Shown in pieces: positions 1-14,773 of a stretch of DNA of 64,000 bases. Below the pieces are notes generated by a model. It was not told the origin of the DNA, did not search any database, and saw nothing but the letters and a program-made list of their open reading frames with translations. Made by a program: the position numbers and the translations under genes. The stretch comes from Schizosaccharomyces osmophilus (taxonomy: Eukaryota). Numbering within the stretch: position 1 is the stretch's first letter; every line of letters starts with the position of its first letter. Where the stretch lies: contig NC_079238.1 in assembly GCF_027921745.1 (NCBI RefSeq), positions 2,170,001-2,234,000 of the forward strand. The letters are read 5' to 3'.

Positions 1-3000
1 GTAATTGGTGGGTACCTGGGGGGAAGAGGGTATTCTTTTGTATTTTCAGTAGTTCTACCGTTTAAGCGTTAACAAATATAATTCTGTCAAAAAAATTCAC
101 GTACAATTCTGGCTGCTGACTCATATTTAATCTCAGCCTACTTTGCAATAAATGTAAAGGTACAGACAATGAGTCCAATCCGAGTTCTTTCTCCAAACCT
201 AGTTCTCGTAATCCAAAGAAGTCATCGCCCGTATCATATGAAAATCCACCTGTAATAAATGAATCGCTATTCTGTCCAAAAATTGCATCTTCGTCATTCG
301 TAGTTGAAAGTGCTGGCCGTAGAAGCTCCACGAAATGTCTATGTAGCCTCTGATGAACTTCGTCTAGTTTAATCCCATAGCGTTTAATGTCATCAAAAAC
401 GTAAGAAACCAACGTCTCAGGACCGGAGACGCCTAGTTCTTGAAGGGTTTGACTGATTATTTCCTTAAGATTGTTAATACAGAGTTTGCATATCAACAAT
501 ATGGCAACTTACTTCTTTGGAATCCTTTTGCTTGTTCGAAATATAATTATCAATTAAGGTACCGGCATTTTTCATATAATCCGCTGCTACATCTGTCAAC
601 GCGTTCAAAGCCTCAGAATGGAATGCTAATCGGTTAGTAGCCAATACCGAAATATTTTACTTACAATCGAACCCAGCGTGGAAAAGAATTACTGAACAAA
701 GTTTCTTTATAATTCCATGTGCGACTGGTTGAAAATCGGAAACTCCTTCATAGTCTTGTGGAATATCTAATAAAATCGACTCTTCATTGGTGAAAGGAAT
801 ATTACTTCGATAATAATCAGAGTAAAACTATAATGTTAATAACTTTCTAGAAAAAAAATTCATACCGGCTGTGGGAGTTGCATCTGCTTGACTGTCTGTA
901 TTTTATTACAAAGCTTTCTTATCTGCTGCATTTTCGATATGTTTCTGTACATAGAAGAAGAAAGCCCTGGGGAATGTGAATTCATTTCCAAAAGTAGGTA
1001 ATTATTGCAGACTTCATCTTCGACTGGTCTAAAATTATTCCCGGCAAAATCATGGACGGGTATTCCTGAAGTTACATCGTATTCAAACAGATAGTTGTAA
1101 CTAGAATTTGTATTGGAGATATCCAATATATCACTTAAACTTTCAGAGGATGCAGAAAATTTTTCATAAGCTTTTTCTCTATTCATAAATGATGCCATGG
1201 CTTCGGGAGTCCTACAATACGAAGAGGAACTTTCTAAAGCATCCAAATTCCTTAACATATTCCTGTTGCGCAAAATAGATTCCACACGAGCAGATTTTGA
1301 ATCCTTCTTCCAAAATTCATGTGCAACGTCAGAATCAAATTTATCCTCAACAACTGTTTGTGCTTGAGTGGTATTTTCTTCTCCAGCGGAGAGCTTCTCC
1401 TCAGGGATTTCAGCAATATCAGAGGAAGGCTGCGGCTGTAAGCCTTCTTCCTTATTTTGTTGGTCATCTTCTTTTCGCCCTTGTTTTTCGCCCTCGTCAG
1501 GGCTGTTTGGGACGTCTGTGTGTACTTCTACAGATCGCTTGCTTTGTCCACCCCTTGATGATGTTTTTTTTGATGTAGTATGTTTAGATGTTTTTTCACT
1601 TGACTCTTCTAAACGGTCAGCGTAAGAAGTTTAATAGAACATACCTTCATCACTCTCAAGATCTGCTTCCATCAAAGTTTCATCGTAGTCTTTTCTAGAT
1701 TGAATAGAGATATCCGGAATGATATTAGCAAGCTCTTGCGACTTCTTCTTCATCATTAAAGCATGGATACGTAGTGGATGTTCCTACTCATATTAGAACC
1801 ATATCATGTAAAAATGACCATACCGGATGAGAGTTGTATGCTAAGCAATTAGACCAAATAAGCATTAAGTCATAAACAATATCTTTTTTACTGTTATACT
1901 GCAGCGCCTTTAATTTCCGAAGCATCGTTCCCAAATCCATAGGCTCTTTAATAACTGAAGATCCACGTTAATACTAAATATAACAACAAAAAATATGAAA
2001 TACCATTGTAATAGTCAGGTGCATCACGCTTGCTGACTTTGGTCAGAAAAGGCATGGAATGCTTAGTGTAGGAACGAAGGTCCATAATGACTTTTTCAGC
2101 TGCCTCATATAACTCTTCTTGACCTATTCTTTGCTCATTTGCCTAGAGCGTTAATACAAAGTCATTGTCGTATTCGTACCCATTTTGATCTGCTTTTTCG
2201 AACATCTGCCAATAGGTGCTTTATTTCAGAATCAGAAGCACCGACAACATTCCGGTTGCTTTCAATAAAGTTCAAAAGATTCTATTTTTTGAAAAGTTAG
2301 CGGTCCTTTTCCAATATAAACAATGAAACGAACCTTGAAATTTGCAGTTAAAGGTCCAAACTTGGAATGCAATTGCTAAATTCTAATTAGAAAACTGGAA
2401 AAACCTAGCGATAAGTTCATTGCATACAGAAAAATTTTCAGTCCACGAAGCACTGGAAGAACTTTGAGGAAATGAAGTTTTCGTAGGTGAAGAGGGTCCA
2501 CCATTGTTTATTTTCTCAACTTCTTCTTGATCTAGACAATCATCTTCCAGGGTATAATACACGTAATTATAGGCGATATTACTAAGGGCCTTGCTAGCTT
2601 CAATAGTGCTTGATCCTGAAACGTCTATTTTTCGGTGGTTAGCAAAACGAAAGGCAATTAGGTAGTTAATTACCCATATCATCGATATCAATGGACTCTA
2701 AGTCTACAAACGAAAGAGATGAAGCACCATTAAGTTCCTGTTTTTCGTCATTTTTTGGGTGATCATCATCGCTGTCTGGTTCGTCATAATCGTTCTCATG
2801 AATCTCTCGAGTAGAGCTCTTTTTCTTCAGTTCTTCTTCTTTTTCAATTCTATTTTCTTCAGTGAAGTGCTCGGTACTCTCACTTGCATGAGGCAGACTC
2901 CGTTCGTCTTCCTTAGTTACTTGAGTAGGAAGACTTTCAGCGTTTTCTGTAGCGTAGAATTCACCATGAATTTGAGCATCGTATAGCATACATCGACATC

Positions 3001-3256
3001 GAAAAAGGGTTGTCATATCTAAATCCTCATCTTCTTCACCGCTTCCTGAAATGTCTTTTGCGTCGCATAGTAAATCCCAGCTTTTCACGTTTATAAATCG
3101 ATTCCATAACCGTACATCATTAATGATATTTACATATTTACGTTTTTGTTCTGGAGTTAAATAAAGACTCCAATATTCGTTCTTCAGAAGCGCAATTGCT
3201 AACCTATGAAGATTTGGTTCGTCCAACGTCTTCGCGTCTTCAAAATTCCTGTCCAT
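1..3256 (-). CDS. spt7: SAGA complex bromodomain subunit Spt7 (multi-exon; 3' end runs off the window)
   Basis: ATG at 3256 (MDRNFEDAK). Exons at about 1820-2140 read as a bromodomain ([50 protein letters not shown]). C-terminal [18 protein letters not shown] motif in ORF 62-499. Several GT..CTAAY..YAG introns. Confidence 0.9.
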
Positions 3257-3807
3257 CCAATGCTAGTCTTAAGTTTTTTAACAAGACATTCAACACTATT
3301 ACTTATGCGTTAATGAGCTCGAAAATACCCTAAATCTCAAATCCCTAAACGTTATGGAGGTCGCGTTCTAATTACTTGGAATAGAGCACGGATGCTAAGG
3401 TAAGTACGAAGCCAGCTAAGGAGTGTTCATCAATAAATGTATATAGAATGGAAAAAAAGAAGAAACCCTTAAATAATAAAAATTGAAGTATATTTTAAAG
3501 ACGGATTTCATGAGTCTTTGTTGCGATGAATCGCTATAGAAATTACATCGCAGCGATCAATTTCCATTACTATGATGCACGATATAAAGAAGTTAGTACT
3601 ATAAAAAAGCGGATCCTAGTTCTCTAAATTACTTAAGAAAACCAATGAGAAATATGCGAGAAATACTTTTCATATGCAAAAAAAACATCAATTACTCCTT
3701 ACTAATCTTTAAACTGAATTTAATACATTAAAAAGAGGTGTATAAAAAGTAACCAATTTTTAGTTTTTTCCCGGCCTTCTCTTTTTAACAATCATCAACA
3801 TAGCACA

Positions 3808-5646
<1,839 letters not shown>

Positions 5647-6040
5647 TCTGTAAATTACTCAAATTCTAGTCGTTTGGTGCTTGGAAGAAAGGACGTGCAC
5701 GCATTAGTACTCTTTCAACCATAGTGGGAATTGTGAAAATCGCGTTACAACACGGTAAAGACATTGAAGAAAATATGAAAATTTGTCAGAATATTTGAAA
5801 ATCCATTTTTATTAAAAGTATATTTGTGTAAAAAAATGTATTTTTGGATACAGAGTGGTACAATCCTCATGCTTAATAAACCTTTAATATTTTATCCTCA
5901 CTAAGCATTATGCACATAAACATTCTAATGAAGTATACATCCTAATTTTAACAAGATTTAATAAAGCGACCTGCGCTTATTAATATTATTGATGCCGAAT
6001 CCTCAAAACCAAATTAAAAGTGTAACTGGTATAGCTGACA

Positions 6041-9000
6041 TTATAACATGCCAGCTACCGATTCTGCAGTCGCTTTTAGAATCGAAAATTCATAAAAATC
6101 GGCCACTGCTTGATAAACCCTCAGCGTTTCACGGAATTTTTTGGGTGATATTCCTAACACCCATTCTCCACCGCATGTACAACGCGCCTTGAGGCCCCAT
6201 TCCTTTACACGTTTACATTTTGAACAGGTCAAATCTTGTACTTGGTACAAGACGAGCTGATGTTGAATATTGTCAATTAGGGTTTCTTCAAATACCCATC
6301 GATCAAAAGGTGAATTACATCCTTGACATGTCCACCCTGTTGGAAAACTCAAATTTCCAGACTCATTACGCTCCGGCCATAATTGCTCATGAAGACAAAG
6401 ATCGAAATCATGACCCATACCACACTGTCGACAGGAAATCTGTTCTAACCTGAGCTTTTGACTCGGATACTCAAAGAGTGCAATGGTAGAAAATTCACGT
6501 ACTTGCAGTACAGATAACAGAACTTTCTTTAATAATTGATTTTCTAGGCTTAAGTTTTCAGCCAAGCCATAGACAGCACACAGCATTTTAATAAATTCTA
6601 ACGGGACATTTGAAAACTTTTTGAAGGAACCTGGAAGTTTCGGAAACTGAGAGCTTTCCATAATTTCGTCATGTAGCCCCAACTCTTGGAATCTTCTTTG
6701 TAATGCGATAATTTGCCTTTTTAATGGAGGCATCATCTTTTCACTAAGAATACCTGCACCCAAACTTTGTAGTTCGGCTTCAGCTTCAGAAACATTTTCG
6801 CGGACTCGCATATTAGCGCTCTTTCCGTTTTGCTTCAAATACTTTTGTTTATATACTTCCTCAATAAACTCAACTACCCAATTTTGAAACTCGGGTTGGA
6901 CAATAGGAGGTAGATGACTCTTGATATGCCATGATACAACAGTTTCTGGGTCCTGTAAGGGACTAATCGCCAAGGTTTCTGGTAAAATCATCTTTCCACC
7001 ATAATTTACTGGATCCATCCATAACAAATAATCCCAATATTCTTGGATATTTAAATCCAGAAAGTGAAACAAGGGAAGAGTTTTAAGCGACTTTAGAATA
7101 TATTTCGTGTAAGATATAGCATTTTGAACAGTGGTCTTGGACGTTCCTATGATGATTCGATTAGTTGTGGCGTATACGATTTGTGCTCCAAGTCTTTTTA
7201 TTTCGGCAAGCAGTTGTAAAAATGTCTTTTTCATGACAACTTGTATATGGCTAACCAACAGTGGGCTATATAAATATGACTTTGAAGAGTTTATCCATCT
7301 TGCCAAATGTTGAATCATTAAGTCAGCTAGTGTGTTTCCACTTGCGGCTTCCTGCCACCAACCTTTTATGAGTTCTTTTAGTACAGGAAGGGAATGAGCT
7401 AAGCCCACTGAATCATACATTCCCAATCGAGCTTCCAAATCATCTGTTACGTTCGCGGTAAAGCCATCATTCAAGGCAGCCAAATCGTTCGCACCTTCTA
7501 TCTCATTAATCAAGGCCGAGTTGAGGACACTGCAAACAGCTAAATTTGAGAAAGATACATCTACACAGGCATTGGGATAGGCATCCGATCGATTAACCTC
7601 AAGCGAATCATTTGGACTGGCGACATGTAATACATCATCCTTCTCTAAACCACCCAAATCTGGCATCGGACCCTTATTCCACCATAATATTATATTTTGT
7701 TCCTTGAGTTTCCTTGCATATAGTAAATCAATGACATACTGAAGCTCGTCACTTTCGAAATTACAAAGTGGAATATCTCCGTATCTAGAAAGTTGTATAC
7801 GATGATTTATCCAAGCACCCACAGCTAGGAAATGTTGAATCATTTTCTTGGAAACGTATTGCTTCCAGGAAAGAGACTGGATCATTGTTTCACGGCGAGT
7901 GAGTATTGTGTAAGGCAATTCTTCTAACTGCTTAAGATTTGCTTCAAGCTTTTCGGGAGAGGTGGTTTCAATGACTAGCAAACTGTTTTTGGTTTTCGCG
8001 GAAAGGTACTGCAGTAATCTTTCGTCAATTAACTTATATGCTTTCTTTTCGTTTTTGCTATATGAAACCGAAAAAGTGATATCTTCAGGATACTCTATAG
8101 CCGAGACTTTTAGTACATCAGTATATTTATGCCGCAATTCATGATAAAGATCTTCTATTTGAGGAAAGGAGGTATCCTCACCCGAAAGACTGTCATAAAC
8201 GACAACTTCAGCTTTGGCTAAATGAGGGAGAAATAGACATAATACAAATCGTTGGTTCCATGAACAATGAAACGCGTATATGTAATTCATTTCAACACCC
8301 TCAAGGTATTTGACATCACTTTCGTAAGGGTGCACAAACATTTCAGGTTCGAACCCTGTTTCGAATGCTTTTCCTAAGGCTCCGGAAAGTGCATTGTTGA
8401 ATCTTCTGTGGCATCCAATGTGCAAAATCCCACGCTCAATAGGCTTTATCTTCGTCTCGTATATACCTTCTACTGATGGATGAGCAAATATCATCGATAT
8501 AGCATTCTTCTCATTCAAGTAAGTCTTCTCAGGTATTTCCAAACTGAATAGCTTATCAGAAACATTGCCATGCGGAAGGATGGCATTGCTTTTTTCAATC
8601 TTACAGTCTTCAATCTCAACATTCGGCAAATTATTGTCTTTGAAGCAAATAAATAATTTTCTCTGAAGGTTAAAACGAACTGAAGTCAGCCTATTATTTA
8701 TAATCACCCACGCATGCAAAACACCAGGACTGTCAGTGTTCCTTATTTGTACAATATGCCATAAGTTCTGATACATGCTTTCAGCCGATGATTTAAATAC
8801 GTTCGTAAATTGTCTAGATTGAAATCCAACAAGATGGCGTCTTCGAGTACGTACTTGTTTTTGGTAATTCCATTTTTTCTTTAGGTACTTTAACCATGTA
8901 CTGTACCCTTCAGCAATTGATACGGGTTTTTCGCTAAAGGAGACTTGGGTATCATTACCAGATGGTTGAGCGGATTTTCTTTTAGATACTCGAGCGATAG

Positions 9001-12000
9001 TTGGAGTTCGATTTGTACCTTGCGATCCAAAATCTTCAATATCGTTAAGCTGAGTTGTAGGAGGTACAGGAGCAGCGCTAAATATTGAATCAATTTTCTT
9101 CTGCTTATAACCCGAATTCAATGAAGCAAGCCGTTTATGCAACCAGTCAGGCAATGGGATTCGAGGTACGGGATTAGCGATCCTTTGTAAAGCTGCAGGA
9201 ATACTAATTAACTTTTGGACTACTGAACCTAGGCGTTCAATATAATAGTTCCAATCTAAGACATCTCGAATATCAATATTGTATAGATTATTGTTCTTCA
9301 ACCATAGCTGCAAAAAATGCCTTTTGACGGATTCTTCAGCTGAAAAAATAGCTATAGGAATGGCCCGCTCTGCAACAGGGCTTCCTTTGGGACTTGAAGA
9401 GATAATAAACTTACAAGCAAGACCCTTGTCTTTTACCATCTGATCACCCAAAAAATCAGCCAAACGTTTAGCGGTAGTAATGGATGTCGATTTTTGTGAT
9501 CCATATTCTGCAAGTGACTTCGACATACTTCGATTTTCAGAAATCAGTTCAAAAAGTTCGTCATCAGTTACGTCTTTTCCTTTTGTGAAAAGAACTTCGA
9601 GCCATGTATCCGCAACCGATGCAACTTCTTTGTAACACTCCTCAAGAGTTTCTCCCTTCAAGAAAATCTTGAAGATTTGCGATTGAAAGTCCTTGACAAG
9701 CTTTAATTCACCTCTTCGCTTAACTTCAAAACCTTTTAGTTCGGCCAAACTGCCATCAAAATTGAAAACAGCGTAACGCTTCTTTAAAGTTTTACCTTCT
9801 TCTTTAGAAGCTGGTAAAATCATTGCCCGATAAGGCCCGTCGACTTCAAAAAAAATACTATTTTCACTCGTGGTTTCGTATTCTAAAGTGTCCGGATTTT
9901 TAAGCAATGAGTATTGATGATTGGTAAATTTCTCATGAACTAAGTGATTCAACATAACACACGGATAAGAGATAAACACTTTTCCGCCGGACTTCCTCTT
10001 AAACTCAAAATTCTCCGGAAACGATTCTGGTAAAATGCACCAAATTCCATCGGTATCTAATTCGAGGGGACGTCCTGCTCGTTCAACAATTTGGCGTGCC
10101 ATTTGAATAATAGTAGCGCCTGTCAAACAAGTAATACCCGCCATCTCAATTGAGTACCAACGAGATCCCTTTCTCATTACATAACCGTAGAAAGAATTTA
10201 AGATGACTTTGTGGGCAAGTTGAAGCGAGTCATACAAAATTACCATTTTCTTGGCTTCCTCCAATTCAGCAAGACTACCAGAACTTGATCTGGACGAAAG
10301 GATTTTGTTCCACTTTTTCTGTAAGCCTTTGAAATCATATCGACGATCTCTGAACGCTTTTACAGTATCGATATAAAACGAATTTTCCTTTTGGCAAATG
10401 ATTGTTTCGCGTTCAATGACTTTATTATCATAAAGTCGATGGTAAACTTTTCGACTATAGTCAGCTAGACGCTTCTGTATTTTTTCGGCTCGTTCTGTGG
10501 GTGAAAGTTCGTCAAATGATCTGGAAGGACCAAAAGATGTCAAACTTGGGAATCTTTCGGTCTGCATGGCCGAAAGAATCATCTGATATTCATCTTTTTT
10601 AGGAGGGTGAAACTCACCTCTCCATGCCCACACCATTCGTCGATCACAAGTTTTATCCGGTACATTGAAATCACATGTAGCACAAAAGGATTCATCCTTT
10701 ACAGAATCAGGTTGTAAACGATTCGTAATCATGATATTAGGGTACATCGAAGCAACATCCAGATGATAAATTTTAGGCTTTTCTGATCGCTTAGGTTTAT
10801 CTCGTAAGTCGGATAACTTCGACATAATTTGAGATTTTACCTCCTCGTAGTCTTCTATATCGTCCATATCAATCTTGTTTTCTGTTACAATTGAGAACTG
10901 TAATGCTTTATCTAGCTGAGAAACCAGATCTTGATAGACAGCAGGATCCATATCAAACGGAGTAGGAATATCACTACGAAAGACACCACATTCTAAACTT
11001 TCAACATGACCACCAACATATGTTTCACTAGTAAGCATATGTCCGTCAAAAAATTTTTGAGGTGCCTCCACGTGTTTGTTGGGTAAAATAATATTGTTTG
11101 TAGATGCCTCTACGGTGAGCAATGTCTCACAAAGGGTACCAGTTCCCTTTCGCAAAACCTCGTCAGGGTTTAGAGGAATAATATTACAGAGGGAAAAAAT
11201 GAAAGGATGAACATACTTCATATAGAGATAATAAGTAGCGACAGCATCTGAAACTGAGTATTGTGCCAACGTCTGAGCTTTCTCACTAGCATAAATAGTC
11301 ATCAATTCAGGATCTAATTCCATAGGATTATAACCTAACTTGGCTACAGTAACTGCCTTTAAGCCTTGACTTCCCTGTGGTAAATAACTATCCCTTTTTA
11401 CCCAACGAAAAGCGTCCATGTGGGTACAATAGGATGATTTATATTCGTCCTCTGCGTCTCTGCTAAAACCGATTTCTTCTGCTAAATTCAAGCCATGAAA
11501 GGTAGTTCGAGCATCAACGAAAGGCCAATCGAAAAAATCACCGTTATAGGTGACTATAATGGTGGGCCTGGCGGATCTTATATGTTTAAAAAATCGATGT
11601 AACAAGCTTAATTCGTCTTGCTCGTTGAATATGATAAAAGGTCCTTCAAAGTCGGGCTTAGGAGTATAGTGGAAATCTTCTATATCTTCGCCAACAATTT
11701 CGCGATTCGTAATTAAGAAACCCTGACCGTCTACCATATAAGAAATCATCATAATTTTGTCGAATGAACTATCTGGGAATTTCAAAGGCAATTTAGTAGT
11801 TTCAATGTCAAACGCCATAATGGTTGGTTCTGCACGCTCAATACGAGTGGGAAGAGGGGCAACTTGTGGCTCTCCTTCATGAAAAGACACAGTATACCAC
11901 ATACCCACACGAATCTCAAGATCAATCAGAGTTCTAGCATGATATGGCACATCAAATTCGCGGAGATCCATAATATGGTCCATAGGATCATCATAGGCAT

Positions 12001-12628
12001 TGTCTAGAACCAAATCTTTGGAATCATTAAGAGGTGCATAGGTATTAAAAGCTTCTTCCTTGGCATTATTTGACTTTACCGCAGACATAAGGGTGCGCCG
12101 AACTGACTGAAGATCTGTTAAATTGTCAAACGTTAATTTCATGTACAGTTTTTTGTAACCAACTATGTGGTTTTTCAAATTCAAATCATCCTTGTATTCT
12201 CGTGAGATAGATTTTACAAGCCCAGCAAAATTTTTTTTCATGTACTCTTCTACATTTGTTACTTTCCCTTCTCGAGCTGCAATGTAGAAGTATGGAGCAT
12301 GAGGAATGGTAATACGGAATGTTTCACCGTCGTCCTCAATGAAGTAAAAGTCGACAGCGCTCAGTGTCGAGTTGAGCTTTTGGCTTTCAATAACGGTTGG
12401 ATGAACGTTCACTAACCAAGCTTCACGAGGTGGTCCACCTTCATAGGAGTTGAATCCCATGATTCGATCAATTTCATTTTTGCGATTGACATAGAACATG
12501 GGATCGCTTAGTCCATTTTCATCCGCCGATCTTTTTGCCTGACCCTCAAAGGCATTTGGGTTTTTATAAATATTTCGAAAAGACCTGGGAGGGAGATTGG
12601 AACGCTTACCAGAGAATTTGGGAGGCAT
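6041..12628 (-). CDS. cdc20: DNA polymerase epsilon catalytic subunit (Pol2; S. pombe cdc20), intronless, 2195 aa
   Basis: Exonuclease FDIETTK, polymerase LDVASMYPN and LELDTDG, KVILNSFYGY, C-terminal Cys clusters. Confidence 0.98.
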   Translation of the reverse strand: MPPKFSGKRSNLPPRSFRNIYKNPNAFEGQAKRSADENGLSDPMFYVNRKNEIDRIMGFNSYEGGPPREAWLVNVHPTVIESQKLNSTLSAVDFYFIEDDGETFRITIPHAPYFYIAAREGKVTNVEEYMKKNFAGLVKSISREYKDDLNLKNHIVGYKKLYMKLTFDNLTDLQSVRRTLMSAVKSNNAKEEAFNTYAPLNDSKDLVLDNAYDDPMDHIMDLREFDVPYHARTLIDLEIRVGMWYTVSFHEGEPQVAPLPTRIERAEPTIMAFDIETTKLPLKFPDSSFDKIMMISYMVDGQGFLITNREIVGEDIEDFHYTPKPDFEGPFIIFNEQDELSLLHRFFKHIRSARPTIIVTYNGDFFDWPFVDARTTFHGLNLAEEIGFSRDAEDEYKSSYCTHMDAFRWVKRDSYLPQGSQGLKAVTVAKLGYNPMELDPELMTIYASEKAQTLAQYSVSDAVATYYLYMKYVHPFIFSLCNIIPLNPDEVLRKGTGTLCETLLTVEASTNNIILPNKHVEAPQKFFDGHMLTSETYVGGHVESLECGVFRSDIPTPFDMDPAVYQDLVSQLDKALQFSIVTENKIDMDDIEDYEEVKSQIMSKLSDLRDKPKRSEKPKIYHLDVASMYPNIMITNRLQPDSVKDESFCATCDFNVPDKTCDRRMVWAWRGEFHPPKKDEYQMILSAMQTERFPSLTSFGPSRSFDELSPTERAEKIQKRLADYSRKVYHRLYDNKVIERETIICQKENSFYIDTVKAFRDRRYDFKGLQKKWNKILSSRSSSGSLAELEEAKKMVILYDSLQLAHKVILNSFYGYVMRKGSRWYSIEMAGITCLTGATIIQMARQIVERAGRPLELDTDGIWCILPESFPENFEFKRKSGGKVFISYPCVMLNHLVHEKFTNHQYSLLKNPDTLEYETTSENSIFFEVDGPYRAMILPASKEEGKTLKKRYAVFNFDGSLAELKGFEVKRRGELKLVKDFQSQIFKIFLKGETLEECYKEVASVADTWLEVLFTKGKDVTDDELFELISENRSMSKSLAEYGSQKSTSITTAKRLADFLGDQMVKDKGLACKFIISSSPKGSPVAERAIPIAIFSAEESVKRHFLQLWLKNNNLYNIDIRDVLDWNYYIERLGSVVQKLISIPAALQRIANPVPRIPLPDWLHKRLASLNSGYKQKKIDSIFSAAPVPPTTQLNDIEDFGSQGTNRTPTIARVSKRKSAQPSGNDTQVSFSEKPVSIAEGYSTWLKYLKKKWNYQKQVRTRRRHLVGFQSRQFTNVFKSSAESMYQNLWHIVQIRNTDSPGVLHAWVIINNRLTSVRFNLQRKLFICFKDNNLPNVEIEDCKIEKSNAILPHGNVSDKLFSLEIPEKTYLNEKNAISMIFAHPSVEGIYETKIKPIERGILHIGCHRRFNNALSGALGKAFETGFEPEMFVHPYESDVKYLEGVEMNYIYAFHCSWNQRFVLCLFLPHLAKAEVVVYDSLSGEDTSFPQIEDLYHELRHKYTDVLKVSAIEYPEDITFSVSYSKNEKKAYKLIDERLLQYLSAKTKNSLLVIETTSPEKLEANLKQLEELPYTILTRRETMIQSLSWKQYVSKKMIQHFLAVGAWINHRIQLSRYGDIPLCNFESDELQYVIDLLYARKLKEQNIILWWNKGPMPDLGGLEKDDVLHVASPNDSLEVNRSDAYPNACVDVSFSNLAVCSVLNSALINEIEGANDLAALNDGFTANVTDDLEARLGMYDSVGLAHSLPVLKELIKGWWQEAASGNTLADLMIQHLARWINSSKSYLYSPLLVSHIQVVMKKTFLQLLAEIKRLGAQIVYATTNRIIIGTSKTTVQNAISYTKYILKSLKTLPLFHFLDLNIQEYWDYLLWMDPVNYGGKMILPETLAISPLQDPETVVSWHIKSHLPPIVQPEFQNWVVEFIEEVYKQKYLKQNGKSANMRVRENVSEAEAELQSLGAGILSEKMMPPLKRQIIALQRRFQELGLHDEIMESSQFPKLPGSFKKFSNVPLEFIKMLCAVYGLAENLSLENQLLKKVLLSVLQVREFSTIALFEYPSQKLRLEQISCRQCGMGHDFDLCLHEQLWPERNESGNLSFPTGWTCQGCNSPFDRWVFEETLIDNIQHQLVLYQVQDLTCSKCKRVKEWGLKARCTCGGEWVLGISPKKFRETLRVYQAVADFYEFSILKATAESVAGML

Positions 12629-12904
12629 TAGAAATAAATAATTATTAATAAAAACAAAAGAAGAAAATGAAAATGAATGAAACGCAGCTTAAAAAAAAAA
12701 GAATGTTGGGAATATATCAAAAATGATAAGAAAGATGGAACGACCGTGAAAGAGAGTACTGTGAATTTGATAAGTATGGATAGGAATCGCCTTAGTTTAT
12801 ACAAAAATGCATTTGAGGTTTGCCAAGATGCCAAGTTTTGGGATGGTTGTTATGGTAATGAAGAAAAAGGTAGCATAGTGAGTGTGAAGACTAAGAAATG
12901 AAGA

Positions 12905-13078
12905 GCGCGTTCGCGTCGCGCTCCCTCAGAAAATAAACAGACTGAATATTCGTTTTTTTTTTTTGGTTTCGTTTCAATCTCATTTTTGTATTCCTAAAAA
13001 AAAATTCAATTGTGAGTCTCTATCATTTGGATGTTTAAGGTCGTGGAACTGCCTTGAACGACATAAATCAATACGCGT
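12905..13078. promoter_or_regulatory. MCB-like elements upstream of cdc20/pol2
   Basis: CGCG cluster gcgcgttcgcgtcgcg at 12905-12920 and a perfect ACGCGT at 13073-13078, upstream of a replication gene. Confidence 0.55.
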
Positions 13079-13365
13079 TTATGTCAAGCTTAGGTCGGTT
13101 GACTGAGGAAACATTGTTTGATCTTGCCTTGGAACAATTGGTAAAATACTTGTCGTTGAAAGGTTTCTTAGCATGGACAAGGAACTGTCAAATTCTTTGC
13201 CATTGATTTAGTTTTGGTTGAATCATTATTTTATTACAAAAGGTTTCAAAAACTTGTTAAAGCAGAGGATCTTTTTTTAATTCAATCTATATCGAAACTT
13301 GTGTTGTAAAGAACACCCTTGGCTATAGCTCGTGGCTTCCACCGGCCACTACAACAGTTTCCACC

Positions 13366-13878
13366 ATGAGTGAACAGAAGGAGCCTCAAGAAGGAAGCAT
13401 TATTCAGGCGTTTAAGGTAATATAATAAAATAGAATTCATTTGTATGAGGTTTACTAACTTGATTTGAATAGTCGTTAAGAACGGACGATTTCGTTCGTA
13501 TGCTTCATCATCCATGCTTTAAAGAATCCGCTATTACGAGTGTTCTCTGCGGTCTTGGTGTAGGTTGCATCCATTTGTTTATGAAAGGTAATTGGGATGG
13601 TTTGTCATGTTACGAAACGTGTCTGTGTTTTGATGACACTCCTTCATTTTTTTTTTGGCGGTTAGATTACTTACAGGCGTCTAGCACCTCGTAGTAAAGC
13701 TTTAAATTGGGGATTCGGCACATACTTTGGAATGAGTTTGGTTTCATGGGAAGGATGTAATTATCGTAAGCAATTGGAAACTCAAAACTTCAACATCCAA
13801 ATTCAAGAAGCAGCACAAGGACTCCCCAAGCATCGGACATCACGACCTACTGAAAATGATGATTCAAAAGATGCTTAA
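13366..13878 (+). CDS. cox20: Cytochrome c oxidase assembly protein Cox20 (3 exons)
   Basis: Spliced reading [86 protein letters not shown]. The HPCF/NW/WE-C pattern is typical of Cox20. Confidence 0.8.
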
Positions 13879-13937
13879 TTCTCATACTGCATACACAAAA
13901 CTTGGCATACCATGCTATTGAATCAATTGCTCAGCTT

Positions 13938-13982
13938 AATTCTTTGGTTAAAATTCTTTGGTTAAAATTCTTTGGTTAAAAT
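13938..13982. repeat. Perfect 14-bp tandem repeat (AATTCTTTGGTTAA) x3.2
   Basis: Three exact copies at 13938, 13952 and 13966, just downstream of the cox20 stop. Confidence 0.9.
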
Positions 13983-14773
13983 AATGATTCCATCTTTTTG
14001 GTGTTGGACTAGCCTTACAAACAAATAATCCCTGTAAAGAGGATTGTTTGTCTATAGAAGGCAAGGGCGGACAATCTTCCAATTTTTTCTATTCTGTCTG
14101 TTTTCTTTTTCAGATGGTTCATACGGAAACCTGGCTGTATTTGATCGTTGGAATCCTTCTATTGCGCCTTGTACTCTTTACGGGTGATATGAGTCTGTGT
14201 TTTCTTGTAAAAATGCTTGCCAACTAAGATACTCTTATATCCACTACAATAAAAGTATACTCAACAAATGATGGTAACCTATGTTTCCTTAGTCAGCATC
14301 TTTGAGAACACAATGAGAAATATAGTTATTTTTGGACAATGGAAATTGCAGATTTTCCACCCGCAAGCAGTTTAGTTGTCATTGATGAGTTGAATTTCCC
14401 GTTTGAATTCATTTTTATATCAAGCAGTCTTCTCTCCGGTTGTTTCAATACTGCAGGTTGAAATAATGACCATTCGGATTTCAAAAAAGGCCCGAGTGTT
14501 TTCTTTTCAACCTGCAGTTTCGAAACGACAGCGTATAGCTTGAGTGAGTAGACTACGGAAGTCGAGCGTGATGTCTGTATGTACTTGCCTTTCACCCAGC
14601 GTATCCAAACAAGAATTCATTTCGATTTCAATTCATAAGCAATTTTTAGGCTCGTAATGACCCAGTTTGAAGAACCCTTTTTCAAGAGTTTCCAAGTCTC
14701 TTTGCTTCGTTTTCATTCCTTTCTAAACTACAAATATGAATATATTGTATGCAATATTAGTGCTATCAACAAC

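Noticed and set aside
12628..12901. Short ORFs upstream of cdc20 on both strands
   Set aside because: Low-complexity purine/pyrimidine-skewed leader or promoter sequence with no coding signature.
13938..13982. CRISPR-like interpretation of the short direct repeats
   Set aside because: Eukaryotic sequence, no spacers between the units and no cas genes.
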